DNA of 64,000 bases, from contig NC_087245.1 of NCBI RefSeq assembly GCF_037042905.1, positions 7,628,001 to 7,692,000 on the forward strand, given 5' to 3'. Within the stretch, counting starts at the first letter, position 1; every line of letters starts with the position of its first letter. This DNA is from Lytechinus pictus (taxonomy: Eukaryota). Of the stretch, positions 21,618 to 35,300 are shown in pieces. A program made the translations under genes and the position numbers. The notes beneath the pieces are model-generated. The model saw only the letters and a list, made by a program, of their open reading frames with translations, was not told the DNA's origin and did not search any database.

Positions 21618-22043
21618 TGTTGTTCGAGTGCTCAGTTCGAACAATCTTAAAAGTGGAAATGTACTGCACAAAAGACGAAATACATGCATCACATATATTC
21701 AGTCAAAAGTATATTGACTCACCGTAAGTTCTGTCCCACGATGAATCCAGTAGAACAACTGAACTGGTAGAAAACAGCAATATAACTCAGCAATAACAAC
21801 AGTATAACTTCTCAATAGGTTGGTTCCAGTACATCTCTCAGCAGTATCCAAAGATGGCGATGCCGTCCGCATCCTCTATCACGGGGTGTCGAATCCCTGC
21901 TTCTGATTGGTCACCTCTGGTGAAGTTGCACGCGGCACTACATCTTGGCTTGCCATGAGGTCTCCAGCAGCAGACGACGATGGTAGCAGACGACAAGGAT
22001 CAGTAGCTGAAAACGCCAAATCGGCCTGGCCGTTTTCACTACA
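21618..22043 (-). repeat. 5' LTR of the Gypsy element
   Basis: Direct repeat of 9849-10274; minus strand contains a CCAAT box (gaccaatcag) and a GCCATCTT YY1-like motif. Confidence 0.97.
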
Positions 22044-22603
22044 ACAGATTGACAGATCACCAGATCACCTAATAAATAAATAAAAAAGAAAATTCGTACG
22101 AAATTAATAGTTGATCTGTCGATTGACAGATCACCTAATAATAAATAAATAAAAAAGAAAATTCGTACGAAATTAATAGTTGATCTGTCGATTGACAGAT
22201 CACCTAATGATGTAATTTTAATTGTAATAATTACTGAGACAATAATATTAATGAGATATCAATAATAATCATTATAATAATAATACTTATAATTAAAATA
22301 TAATTGTAGAAATAATTATAATTATAGTAATTATAATTATAGGCCTTATAATTATTGAGACAATAATAACTATTATAACAATAATAATAATAATTATAAA
22401 ATAATTATAATGATAACAATTATAATGAAAGTAATTGTAATTGTAATAATTACTGAGACAGTAATATTGATAAGTCATCAATAATGATTATTATTATAAA
22501 AATTGTTACAATTATTATTATAAATATAATCATAATTATAATTGAGGGCCTTATAATTATTGAGACAATAATAATTATCATTTCAATAATAATTATTATG
22601 AAA

Positions 22604-24222
22604 CAGGGTTGTAATAAAAAACGTTTTTCATTAAAAAAAACAAATAAAACGTTTTAAATCGTTTTTAAACGTTTTTTTTCCAACGAATGATGCAATTTTC
22701 CGTAAATCAATTAAACTATACAGTCTGATTTAAGCTCTTGATGTTTTAAATACATTTTTGGAGTAAGTAAAGAGAAGACTACAATTTTTGTCACTGAATT
22801 TCCAACAGAAAAGTTAATATTTCCCCCCAAAATTACTAAATCATGAAAATTGAATGCCAAAAAAACCCCCACTAAGATTGCTATTTTATAAGTTTATTCC
22901 TCATACATGTACATATACATGTAGTCCCGGGGCATTTTGAGCCTTGTCAATCAAGGGGAGGGGGGGGGGCGAGAAGAAATTGCACAGTGGACGAAAATGA
23001 CATACTGCAATCTATTGGGTTTCAAAGCTTAATTTCATTAAATCAAGAAATGCTTTATTTCATTTGAATCAATTATGCCAATTTTAGTTAAATCTAGCCC
23101 TTGAACTGCTTATTTTTTCATTGAGGAATTGAGATCAAATGCATATAAGAAAAAAAATTAGTATAAAAAGTTTTTTTTACTTTTTTTCTTCTTTTTTTTA
23201 ACAGAAATTATTGGCAATAATTTTAATTTTAAAAAAGTACAAATAATGATATAATAAATCACGTTTTTGAGCAATTTGCGGTCTGAGGTGCACTTGTTGT
23301 GTAATATCATAAATGCATACTTATGCATGCATCCCAAAATAGTCTTTTGTTGAATGATATGACGTGACTGTCATGTTTATAGATTTATCTTATAAATTTT
23401 TGAGGGGGCCATTAAGGTCCCCTGGGATTGTTATGGTTAAGGTTTGCTAGCTGATTATCTATACAGTTTAAAGTACTTTTCTTCATCTTTGCCAAGCGCA
23501 AAGTTTCACCTGCTTTCATGTGTACCTTAAGAGTACGATGTCAGTTTTACAGTCTATTAATTTTCGCCTTCCCGCACAAAGGCCGTAAGCGCGCTTTGCG
23601 CTTGCGCGTCGCCTTCCCACACAAAGGTCGTTAGTGCACACTGCATGTCGCCTTCCTGCAGAAAGGCTGTTAGCGTGCAGTTAACAGTGCGCGCTAACGG
23701 CCTTCGTGTAGGAAGGCGATGCGCAGTCGCACTAATGGCCCTTATGCAGGAAGGCGGTGGTTTCTAAAATATCATTATGCTTGTGCAACACTTCCATTTC
23801 ATTCAAGTTTGTATTTGAGCTTATTTTAAGTAGTGTTTCTTTCCCTGTCCAAAAAGTGAGCACAACACTCAGATATTTTTGTTGAAATGAGAATATTCTT
23901 AATATGGATTGATGTACATAATTGAACAGGTAGGAAAGGAACATGACAAAGCAATGGAGAAGGGGAGAATAAAGGGGGGAAGAGAAAGAGGAGAAAGAGT
24001 GGTGTTGAGAAAGAGTTTTATTTAGTTAGAATAAAATAGTACACCACTTCAGAAAAAAAAGTATGAAAAAAAACATTCATCTAAAATCACATCCATGCAA
24101 ATTTATAACACACAAGTCTATGCGGTGTTTTAAAACACGTTTTTTTTGTAAAACAAACGGGTGTTTTAAAATGCGTTTTAAAACATGTTTTAAAACACAC
24201 CGTTTAAAACGTGCCAACCCTG
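22604..24222. mobile_element. Non-autonomous hAT-type transposon
   Basis: TIR CAGGGTTG...CAACCCTG with 8-bp TSD TTATGAAA; inserted in an (AAT)-rich low-complexity tract. Confidence 0.88.
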
Positions 24223-25194
24223 TTATGAAATAATTATAACAATAATTACTATAATGATAGTAATTATAATTGTAATAATTATTTAGAAAATAATATTAAC
24301 GAAACAAAAATAATTATCCTGATAATTATAATAATAATTGGGACAATAATGAAAAATGATGAGACAATAATAATATCAACAATTTTATTGAGACCACAAT
24401 AACAAGACAATAATGAGATAATACTATAGACAATTGAAATCAATCTTTTTTATTTTTTTCTAGAAATCCTAAGATTATTATTTGAATTCTCTTTGTTTGA
24501 TTACAAATTATATTCATTGAAAACTTAATTTCTAATGTTCAAGCAAAGAAAATCAATATCAAGTCATGTTTACCCTGTGCACAAACCTACCACAGGGCAA
24601 TTACCCCCGAAATAGGGTTAGGTTAGGTGTAGATTTTTGGATAGGGGTACAGTGCAGTTGTCCGGGGGGGGGGGGGGTAATTGTCCAGGGTGGGGGGGTT
24701 GGGAGGGGAATTGTCCGGGGTGGGGGGTTATCGTCCAGGGGTGGTTGCCCTTGAACCAAAGAAATCATATGCTAATATGTCAAATCAATCTGAGCTATGT
24801 ATTATAAATGTGCCATGCCCAAAACAAAGAGAATAAGATTTCGCAATCTTCTTTTGTCCACAAAAAGCCCTGTTTTTTCATCACAAAGATGACAATAACT
24901 CGACTTCTAGATATCGGAATTTGAAAATTCAAACAGTTTTGTGAATCGTAGATATTGAGTCTCATTGTGAGCCTATCAAATATGCTGGAACAGCCTTTCC
25001 TAATTTTCACCTGAAGTGCCTATCATTACATGCCGCCGTGCACAGAAAAATCAAGCCATAGAAGTCGTGTGTTGTGGACACCAGAAGTGAGATCCCAGCA
25101 CGCGCGACCCACTAGTTAGAAATCCACTGCCAAACGCGGTTCATGGTGGGAGGTTAGTATACTTAAATACTAACCTCGCAATACGTGTGAGTGG

Positions 25195-28100
25195 ATATAA
25201 CCTTGTTCTCAGTTACATCTCCATGTGTGGCAAAATAAGGGTGGCAATTTTGGCTTATTTTTTCTTTTTCTATGGGACAAATGCTTGATTTTTTTACACT
25301 GTCAGTTTCCAATTTACGGCTATTCATCATATAACTTGGCTCTTATATAAATTTGATTTTTAAATTATTTTTTCTTAATTAAAAATGGAGATTGAAAAAT
25401 GAAAAATTTCTTGCCATATTACTTTCCACCAATAGAGGGCGTACACAAAAATATGTCCAAAATTCTAGTTTTTGAGCGCTCTGGTGAATACAAAAATTAT
25501 TCCCAAGTTACTAATGAAAAATAAATTGCAACTGTATGGAAATTAGTAATTTTTGGTCACAAAAGTGATATTTTAATGATTTTTTAAAGTATGTGCTATG
25601 TACAGCATTGGCATACCATAGTCCTACCTGTACTAGATTCCCCACAGGCAGGATGGTTGCAGTGAGCAAGTGCTTTTGACTTTGAGTTTTGAGTTTATTT
25701 TTTCCTGTTTTGGTGCATTTCAGGCCAAAACGGAATAATAATTTTTATTCGGTCCAGTTATTTTTTTGGTATATTTTTATGAAATGACACAAATCGATGA
25801 GCCCTGTGGCCTGTCAGGAGGAATTTGCATTTATAAACGCTAGCCGTCTGCAAGCCTTGAAATAAGCGGGCGCTGAGCGCGAAATGCCCATAAAGCCCCC
25901 AAATCATCAAAATTTTGACGACCGGGCGCAAATATTTTCCAGGTAATTGCGCCCGCCGTGAGTGAGCAGTGAAGCCATATCATACATTTTTTCTGTAATA
26001 CATGTGCGCGCGTGCTTCCGGTAGCGGTTTTTCCATACTTCACCATGTGCAATTTCTAATGCACACATTTCCAGTTGGGATATCACAATTCTGCGATATA
26101 GTAATTCGAATTGCACAGGAGATAAATCCCTGTTCACAGCACATACAATGTGCGAGTCTTTTATCCTCACAGTCGCAGACTTTGCTTGTCAAAACGGAGC
26201 CTTAATAATCCAAAATCACTTAGCTTATAGTTGTGAATTGTAGCTTTTTAATTTCTTTCCTGGAGAGGGGTAAATATCAGACAATAAATCATCAAACAAG
26301 GCTCCATCTAAAAAAAAAATAGGAGGATGCCGTGCACTTGAGTGTGGTGTTAGCTAGCCAGTTTGAGCTCATGTTCTATGCCAGAACTCTGGGTGAGAAT
26401 TCTATCAGTAATGGCCTAAGTGATGGTGATTTTCCGTTTCAGATAGAGTTTAGATTTCATGTTAATTTTTGAAAACTGTCAAAAAACTTTATGATTTCTT
26501 CATTGTGATGAATATTTAAGTTATTAATGAATACATTTTCACATAATTTATATGCAATCCAAGTGCACCTCACAGTCACAATCACACACAAACACTCACC
26601 CACACCTGTGATTCTAACCATGACAAAAAACCTTAAAAATTATTTTTTTTTTTTCTAAATTTATTATAAATTGATCTGAATTCTCTCTTTCTCCATCTCT
26701 CTCTCTTTTTTTATATTTTTATTTCATTCATTTATTTATATATTTTTTTTTTTTTGGGGGGGGTTCATTGATCGTGGTTCATTAAAGATGAAAAATAAAT
26801 GAGCCCATGTGTGTGTGGTTGTAAAGGGGATGTGGAGTGAGGGTGTCAAAACACACTTAAACATTTAAATCTGATTTCTTAAATGTTTGAATAAGCCTTA
26901 TACTTAACATATGCTATTCATGTACTAATTAAAAAATTGCAGGAGCTGCGCTAACTATAAACAAATTTGCGGTGTGGTCCACCGTTATATATATTTTTTT
27001 TAAATTGCCCCCTGTTCCAGAAAATGGCCCCGGTTCCTGTAAAAAGCACGTGAGCCGGGGGCAATTAAAAAAAAAATTGCCCCCGGCTCACAGGTGCTTA
27101 TTTCAAGGCTTGGCCGTCTGTCATGTCTGTGTTTACGACACTCATTCAATGAACAATTTATGATATAACCTTGTTCTCTGTTGTATCTCCATGTGTGGCA
27201 AAATGAGGGTGACAATGTTTGGCTTATTTTCTCTTTTTCTTTGGGACAAATGCTTGATTTTTTTACACTGACAGTTTCCATTACACCTATTCATCATACA
27301 ACTTGGCTCTTCAGTAAATTTGATTCTTTAAATTATTTTTTTCTTAATTAAAAGTAGAGATTGAAAAATGAAAATTTTCTTGCCATATTACTTTCCACCA
27401 ATAGAGGGCGTACACAAAAATATGCCCAAAATTCAAGTTTTTGAGCGCTCTGGTGAATACAAAAATTATTCCCAAGTTAATAATGAAAAATGAATTGTAC
27501 CTGTAAGGAAATTAGTAGTTTTGGTCACAAAAGTGATATTTTAATGATTTTTTAAAGTGTGTGCTCTGTACAGCATTGGCATACCATAGTCCTACCTGTA
27601 GATTCCCCACAGGCAGGATGGTTGCAGTGAGCTAGTGGTTTACGAGGAGAAAAAAAATTTAATGTTTAAAAAACTCCTCGAAACAGACTGCTGCCAGCTG
27701 TCTACTTGCAGATATGCATAAATATGGTTGACGCAATGTACTGTGACAGTATGAGTGTGACTGAAGAAAAATTGAATGTGCTTTGAGTTTGAGTGCCTTT
27801 GTAGTTTGTTTGTGCCTGTGGCTGTGGATTTAAAGAGAAATGACAATCAAATGACCCAGTGGCAAATCGTCCGTAGACTGTGTAGCCTACAACGGATAGA
27901 CCACCTCCGCACAGCGATTCGGAGACCGCTGATTGGTCAATCGCGCAAATCACGTCATGACTGTGTTCGCCAAAATAATTCCTTCGGATTGCGTGCGGAA
28001 GTATCGATAGCGAGAACGATATCTAATTAGTATGCCCTAGTCTAGATAGATGGCAGCTGTCTGCTTTGAGAAGTTTTTTTTACATTTTTTTTTTTCATTT

Positions 28101-28290
28101 CTCCTCGTAAACAGACGGCTCGCGATCGTGCAGCTGCCATTAGGGGGTTAATAATGCAAAATCCCCCGGGGCTCATTGATTTTTGTCTTTATTTCATAAA
28201 CATGTATGAAAAGAACTGGACCAAAATAAAGATGATTCCGTTTTGGCCTGAAATGCACCAAAACAGGAAAAAATAAACTTAAAAGAACAA
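25195..28290. mobile_element. Nested DNA-transposon remnants with direct and inverted duplications
   Basis: ~25195-25672 is directly repeated at ~27162-27637; ~25690-25835 is inverted at ~28147-28283; ~27639-27720 is inverted at ~28030-28111. Confidence 0.7.
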
Positions 28291-28591
28291 AAAACAGTAA
28301 CTTTCTTTAGCTGTCGTGCAACTTCACTTCCCTGGTTTATCCGAACTTAATACATATACATATGGCCATTTTTGAGTCCCTGTACAGATCAAGTTAAAAT
28401 TTTGGTCTCTGTAATTGGTGAGCGAAGCCAACGGAGTTTAGCGGAACAACCAATAAAACAGAGTCCGAAACTTTTGGTCTAGCCCTAGTCATAAATGTCT
28501 CCTTTTTTTAAAATACTTTTTTCCTGTTACATCAGTCAACAAACAATAAGTTGAATGGTACTAAAGATATTCAAATCATTTTATTTTTCAG

Positions 28592-28712
28592 GAGCTGTTT
28601 GTTGGATGCCTAGCCCAGGAATCACTTAAGAAGAGTTCATCTCCTCGCAACCTTGTCTACAATGACTTGGCTAATGTAGTCAATGATGAAGAAGAATTTC
28701 AGTTTCTTGCAG
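28592..28712 (+). CDS. CHRAC1: Chromatin accessibility complex protein 1 (histone fold), internal coding exon
   Basis: ttttcag|GAG...GCAG|gtggg; translates ELFVGCLAQESLKKSSSPRNLVYNDLANVVNDEEEFQFLA, which resembles the CHRAC1/CHRAC15 helices; exon 1 not found in the window. Confidence 0.85.
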
Positions 28713-29278
28713 GTGGGTCCTAATCATGTTTCTTCTTCTTTATCTTATTCATTTAGAAGACAGTAAGAAAGTAAGATATTTACAGGTACATGTATGACCT
28801 TCATAGTATATGGACATGTTCAAAGGCATCACATATTACAGACCAAAAGCTTTAGTCTCTGTTTCCTCTCTTATTTTGCTGGAAGTCTTGCTTCATATAC
28901 TGGAGTCATCCTTCCACGCTGCACAGGGAACCTATATCCCAAAATTAATTCAGATTTTTACTGTCAATACTAAATTTTTCATCAAAATATAGGTCTATGA
29001 ATGATTGCTCCTCAACACATTTTTATAACACAATAAGAATCATTCGAATCGAGAACCAGTCTTTAGGAAAATAATGCATTGAGCCCATTGGATAGGTCCC
29101 GCACACAGTGTGCGAGATGGCTAGCTGTCTGTGTAGGAGGAGAAACCAAACAAGTTTTAAAATTTTTTAAAAACTCCTCGAAACAGACAGATTTCAGCTG
29201 TCTATGCAGATTACTATTTGGATTTACAATACGGTAGTCTTTATGCCGAGGCATATAAGGAATGATACTGCCATTTAA

Positions 29279-31777
29279 GGACGTTCCACAGTTAAAATGA
29301 AGTCCATGTCATTTTCACCAAATTTTGCAGAGATTTACTTTGGTATCTTTGCATTATGAAAATGCAAAAAATAACATAGGTTCATGTGCTTATTTTTTTT
29401 CTTCGGGTCTTCAAAGATGCCGTATTCGAATGATATGCAATCTTGCGCAATCAAGAGAATTATGCCTCTCTTAGACCTCACGAATTCACCAAATGAGTTT
29501 AAATCATCTTTACTCAGTGGGTACCGCATCAAACTTCATCAAAATTTCAAGATATATAACAAAGTGTATACCAAAGTAAGAGAACGTCTTTTTATTGGTA
29601 AAACTATATCTATTTGGAGACAGCAGTGCCCTCATTTGGCAAGAATGGTGCAAAAACTTGGAAAAAACAAATCTTCATAGATGTGAATCTACTCAAAAAT
29701 TAAAAAAGTATTTTGTAAGCAGCACTTTTTTCAAAATCCATGTCATTTTCATCAAATTCGGCTAAATTGTAGAGGAATGCCTATCAAAGGTGTAGGGAAG
29801 TTAAAAATATGGGGTCCATGTGCTCGTTTTTTAACTATTGGTGTCCCAAGTGTTGCAAGTTGGCTTGAAAATCGCTGAAAAAGCGCCGAAAACATGCAAA
29901 AGTCTCTTAATACGCTCTAAAATGCAAATGGTTCCATATTTCGCTCCCAAACATTCAAAATCCATGTCATTTTCATCATACTCTCTAGATTTGTAGAGGA
30001 ATATATTCTAAAGGCATTAAAATATTAAAAATATGGGGTCCATGTGCTCGTTTTTAAACGTTCAGTGTCCAAAATGTTGCGAGTTGGCTTGAAAATATTG
30101 AAATGCACCTAAAATGCGCCGAAACTGTGCAAAAGTAAAATAATACCGTCTAAAATGCGAATGGTTTCGTAGTTTTGCTCCCTAACATTCAAAATCCATG
30201 TTTTTTTCATCACACTCTCTAGATTTGTAGAGGAATATATTCTAAAGGCATTAAAATATTAAAAATATGAGGTCCGTGTGCTTGTTTTTAATCTATCAGT
30301 ATCCAAATTGTTGTGAGTTGGCTTGAAAATATTGAAATCCACCTAAAGTGCGCCAAAAACGTGCAAAAGTCTAATAATACCGTCTAAGATGCGAATGGTT
30401 CCGTAGTTTTGCTCCCTAACATTCAAAGTCCATGTCATTTTCATCATACTCTCTAGATTTTTAGAGGAATATATTCTAAAGGCATTAAAATATTAAAAAT
30501 ATGGGGTCCATGTGCTCGTTTTTAAACTATCAGTGTCCAAAGTGTTGCGAGTTGGCTTGAAAGAGTCTATAATGCGCCTAAAATGGGCAAAAGTCTAATA
30601 CCGTCCAAAATATCTAAAATACGAATGGTTCCCTAGTCCTGCTCCCAAACATTCAAAATCCATGTCACTTTCATCATGCTCTCTAGATTTGTAGAGGAAT
30701 ATATTCTAAAGAAGTTAAGACATTTAAACTATGGGGTCCATGTGGTCGTTTTCAAATTATCATTGTCCAAAATATTGCGAGTTGGCATGAAACAGCCCAA
30801 AATGCGCCGAAAACAAGCAAAAGTCTGTTAATACGGTTTAAAATGCGAATGGTTTCGTGGTCTTGCTCCCAAACATTGAAAATCCATGTCATTTTCATCA
30901 TACTTTGCACATACATGTACTTTAGCACCTGAATATTCCAAATATTAAAAAATTAACATGGGTCCATGTGCTTGATTTTTTGGCTATAGAGCTTCAAAGT
31001 TAACCCAAATGGATGATGTTCTTAAGAATTGCGCATCCAAAAGAATTTGGCATTTTTAGACCTCATGAGATCACAACAATGAGTTTAAAGCCCTATTACT
31101 CAGTCAAAATCCATGAAAATTTCATCAAATTTTGCAATATGATTAATAATTGTATCCGTAAGATGGATAACCTATCTATATTGCTGTCAATTGTTAGCTC
31201 ATTTAAGTCTAACAACACTCTCAGTTCTTAGAAATTGTGGGAAAGATACTCAACCTCAACAATTTCAAATTTCAATAACAAACTTGAGAAGTAAAAGAAA
31301 TGCTGCACTTTATTCAAAACCCATGCCATTTTCACCAAACTTTGCAAAGTTGTAGAGGAAGGTATACATAAAAAATATGGGTTCATGTGCTTGTTTTCAA
31401 ACTATCAGCACTCTTATTAGAGCAAATTTGCTTCTTAAAACACCCGACAACGCGCCAAAAGCAGTATCTATGTGAGGAAATATTCCAAACCACTCTACCA
31501 TATATTCAAACTCGGGGTCATATTCATCATACTTGGTAGCACTACAGAGAAACTATTTTGAAATTGTAGAGGAATAGAAAAATGGTCCATGTAATAATTT
31601 CAGTTATTAGCTTCATAAAATAACACATCAGATCTGCAGTTAGTGCAGATAAGGAGAAAAATCAGTTCACATTACCTACAGCTGATTAAATCACCAGTTC
31701 ATCCATTGTGACGTCAGTGCGCAGAGTGTAAAATATGCGCAGATCATGATGCGCACAAACATAACTGTGGAACGTCC
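29279..31777. mobile_element. Non-autonomous TTAA-targeting (Kolobok-like) transposon with internal ~230-bp tandem repeats, in a CHRAC1 intron
   Basis: TTAA|GGACGTTCCACAGTTA...TAACTGTGGAACGTCC|TTAA; about 5-6 units starting tcaaaatccatgtcattttcatca; partial inverted copy at ~55009-55970. Confidence 0.88.
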
Positions 31778-32238
31778 TTAAATTACTTTCACTGATTTTG
31801 GTTATCTTTGATAAGGATTTTCTGACTGTATGAGATATCTAGGGCATCAGCTGTTTAAGTATTTTTCAAGAAACTATTTTACAATTCATGGTGGATGCAT
31901 ATGAAACTTTAATGGTAAGATTAAATGGAACAATTATCAAAATTTTAAAATGACTTTGTTTGTCCAATTGTTTACTTTTGAATGTTTTAATGCGAGTTTA
32001 CTTTAATTATTTACTGTCTTAAACAAACTTAGTGACAAACTCCAGTGTAAAATACAGAAAGTTTGTCCCTCTTGTCATTTTTCTTCATTACTTAGTATAT
32101 CTGGTAAATTTGGTTCAACATTCTACACTCCAGTCATTACATTAGACTGAATCTATTCTATACAATCTACTCTTAGTTCATATTTTTAACTCTGTTTTTG
32201 TTGAAATATTTAAATTATCTATCCTTTGTTCTTGACAG

Positions 32239-32324
32239 ATGTTGTACCTAAGAAGATTTTGGCTGCTGAGTACCTTGAAATGATGAAACAAATGGAACAA
32301 GAAGGGAATTCAGGGAATGATTGA
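32239..32324 (+). CDS. CHRAC1: CHRAC1 terminal coding exon
   Basis: ttgacag|AT, phase compatible with the previous exon; (D)VVPKKILAAEYLEMMKQMEQEGNSGND*; compare human DILPKKILASKYLKML. Confidence 0.85.
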
Positions 32325-35300
32325 TTGACTACTGCCTGTCAGTTTCTAAGCTAAGTGCTGATCTTAGATAAAGACATTGAATGCAACCTACTTTTGTAGA
32401 AGTCCAGTATTTGGTATTTCTTAAGAACATGAAAACAATTTTAATTGAAAGTAGGATTGTTTAAGTGACCTGTGGTGTGATTGATGAAGTTTGGAGGATT
32501 ATGAACAACTGTCAGATGTGTTAAACCAGTCATGTTCCAGTCACAGTGCTATGAGCTCTTTACATGAAGTATACTTAAGTTATTTTGACTAGAATTTCCA
32601 AGGAGAAAAAAAGAAGTGTGTGCCACCACTGAAAGCATAGTGAATCCCCTTCAGCCATAGCCTAATAAATCTTTACCAAACCCAGTTTCGACCTCTTAAT
32701 ACTTATATGTCGTAAAGAGCTCTCACATTAAGATTACATGGTAGTCCTGAAGAAGGAGAGATATTTAAAGGATTATGAAATCATTGACGTCTGGATTTAT
32801 TAATTGCACTCATGCCTTACCTTGGAGCAAATTAAAATTTACATCACTGTAAAGAATACCTGATTATCCAAGCGTGAATATATACCACATAAATATGGTA
32901 TCAAATTATTTTGGAGGAGATACATTTTCTGGCCATATGTAATGATTATGTTTTTATGACATATTTTTCCTTAAATTGGGGATTTTCGAGGTGTCATTTT
33001 TTTTTACTCACCCGGTATATTCAGCTCTTTCTGGGATGACATGTCTTCAAGTTATTACAGATACCCTGTATATCGTACCCTGAAAGCTGTTGTATTATTT
33101 CTTTCCCACACACAATGAAATGTATGTAACATGTACTCTCCCCAACAAGGGCTCCAATATTTTTGTCTTTAATATAAGAATGGTGGATTTGAATTAGATT
33201 CTATTGTTCATGAATCAAAGATGGTGAGTTTATTGACATTGTTGTATGAACACATGACATCACTCTATTACACATTGCATAAGGTCATTTCTAGGCTTAT
33301 GCTATGAGTTTTATTTGCAAGTAATTAGTTACTTTGAAAATATTTTGGCAATAACATGAGGCATGTTCCTCCCAAGTGCAGTTGTTATCTCAGGTTCACA
33401 TGGTCCAGTCATCATTTATCAAGAACAATTTCAACTGATGTAGATTTGTTGTTTAATTTTGTTTTGGGGAGTCAAGTCAAACTATTTTGGCATTGATTCC
33501 ACGACATTTGTTGCAGTTGAGTTGAATTCCATGAAAACAAACTCATTAAGCCAAACATCAAAGCCAATCAAAGCTAATACTAATCCTTTATACCTGCATC
33601 ATTCCAAACCAAAATCCTATCACAACCTACAACAAAACTACCTTCAGAAAAACCCTTTACTTTTAAAGAAAATAACAAATGAGTAGCTGATGCAGAAACA
33701 ACTGTCAAAACATCCTATACACCACACACCAAATAGAATATGATGACAACATGCCCCCATTTCTAGTGAAATTCTACTTTTGCTTTACATACATGCTACC
33801 TGTATCTTGTTTTGAGCTTGTAAAACAATCTTAAACATTAATGGAAAGGGTTGGTGATTGACCTCATAATAAGCACTGGCTGTATGTTGACTGTACAAGA
33901 ACCAAGGTATGTGATAGGATGAAATGTTATCTCTAGGAGGCAAGGGTTGGGTTCCAAGAGGAGTTTAGCAGTGCTTATGATTTGCTAAATCAATTGCAGT
34001 TGATGGAGGTTATTACCACCAGGGACCCTTAACATACGGTGGTCCTCAAAAGTTAGTGAACCCTACCAGAAAATGAATAATGGTATACATTTAAAGTGTC
34101 AAAGTTCTGCCATGTTTTATAGATATTTACATGTAATTATGAAGTCAGGAGATATTACTTTCAGTATACTTTGTTTCTTTGGGCTCGCAGCGTTGTTGTC
34201 TACATTCAACACTCGGCATGAAGGAGTGCATTTTGTGGTGTTCAGTTCACTAATGGCACAGTCACCTTTCCCCTACAGTGGCCATACGACAAGTCAAAAA
34301 CTGCCGTTTTCATGTTTTAACAATTCTTTGTACCGGCTATGTTAAGTTGGTTTGAATAAAATTAGATAAAACGGCTGTATTCGACTTGCCAATAGGGCAA
34401 CCGTAGGGGAAATGTAACTGCAGCATAACTTTTGAGCACAGCTGTATTAAAAAGCTCAGCAATGGATCATGGGACTGCTTTCTACAATTGATTACATTGG
34501 TTTATGTATTGTCAACGTCAATCCCTCAATCAGTTGCTAAGCTTCATGGGCTAAGCTTTATGGGCCCTGAGTAATGCCTTGCAACATGAAGAGATACACT
34601 CAAACTTCCAATCAGTTGAGCCTTCGTAGCTCTTCGTTCTCTAAGAATTACTTGTCTATTTAAACTGGATACTACTAGTAGTTATATGTAGTGATCAGGG
34701 TTTGCTCAGACTCGACACCTGTAAAATATCCCTAAAAATACCCCCCCCCCCCCTCTCCAGCATCATAATTTCAAGCAAATGACGTCCAACTTATGGCCGA
34801 TTTTACTTCTTTTTTTGTTGATAAACCCATGATAGAGTATATAGTTTTTTAACTCCATCATTTTACTCACTCAAAAGTGTTCAGAAAAAGTGAGTTTGGT
34901 TGTTAAAAAAAAATCAGCCTTCTCAGCACCACCCCCATTGTACCAATTGCATATTCCATGTTAATGGGCATTGGAGTCAGATGAATGTATTTAATCTTAG
35001 TTTGCATCATATTCTATCAACTTAATGTAAATATTTATTAAATAAACAAAATGAAACATATTTATGACAGCCTTTGTTTTTTTTCAGTCTGTAAGACATG
35101 CAAAGTTCAGAAGCCAGTAAAATCAATCAGATTTGGTGAGGATTTTCTGAATTCCAGATTAAAAAATGATTTCTACCACAAACTTCTTTTCTGTTTTCTT
35201 ATTATTATTCATTATTAACCCTTCATTTTTATTTAACAAGGAGTTCCATGAAAATACTATCCCTTTCATCTTACATTGTACTTATCTGAAATTCTTTACA

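Larger units (their letters stand above)
9849..22043 (-). mobile_element. Full-length Ty3/Gypsy LTR retrotransposon
   Basis: Two 426-bp direct repeats bounded by TG...CA; 4-bp TSD ACAG at 9845-9848 and 22044-22047; gag, then PR-RT-RNaseH-IN domain order on the minus strand; PBS and PPT next to the LTRs. Confidence 0.98.
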
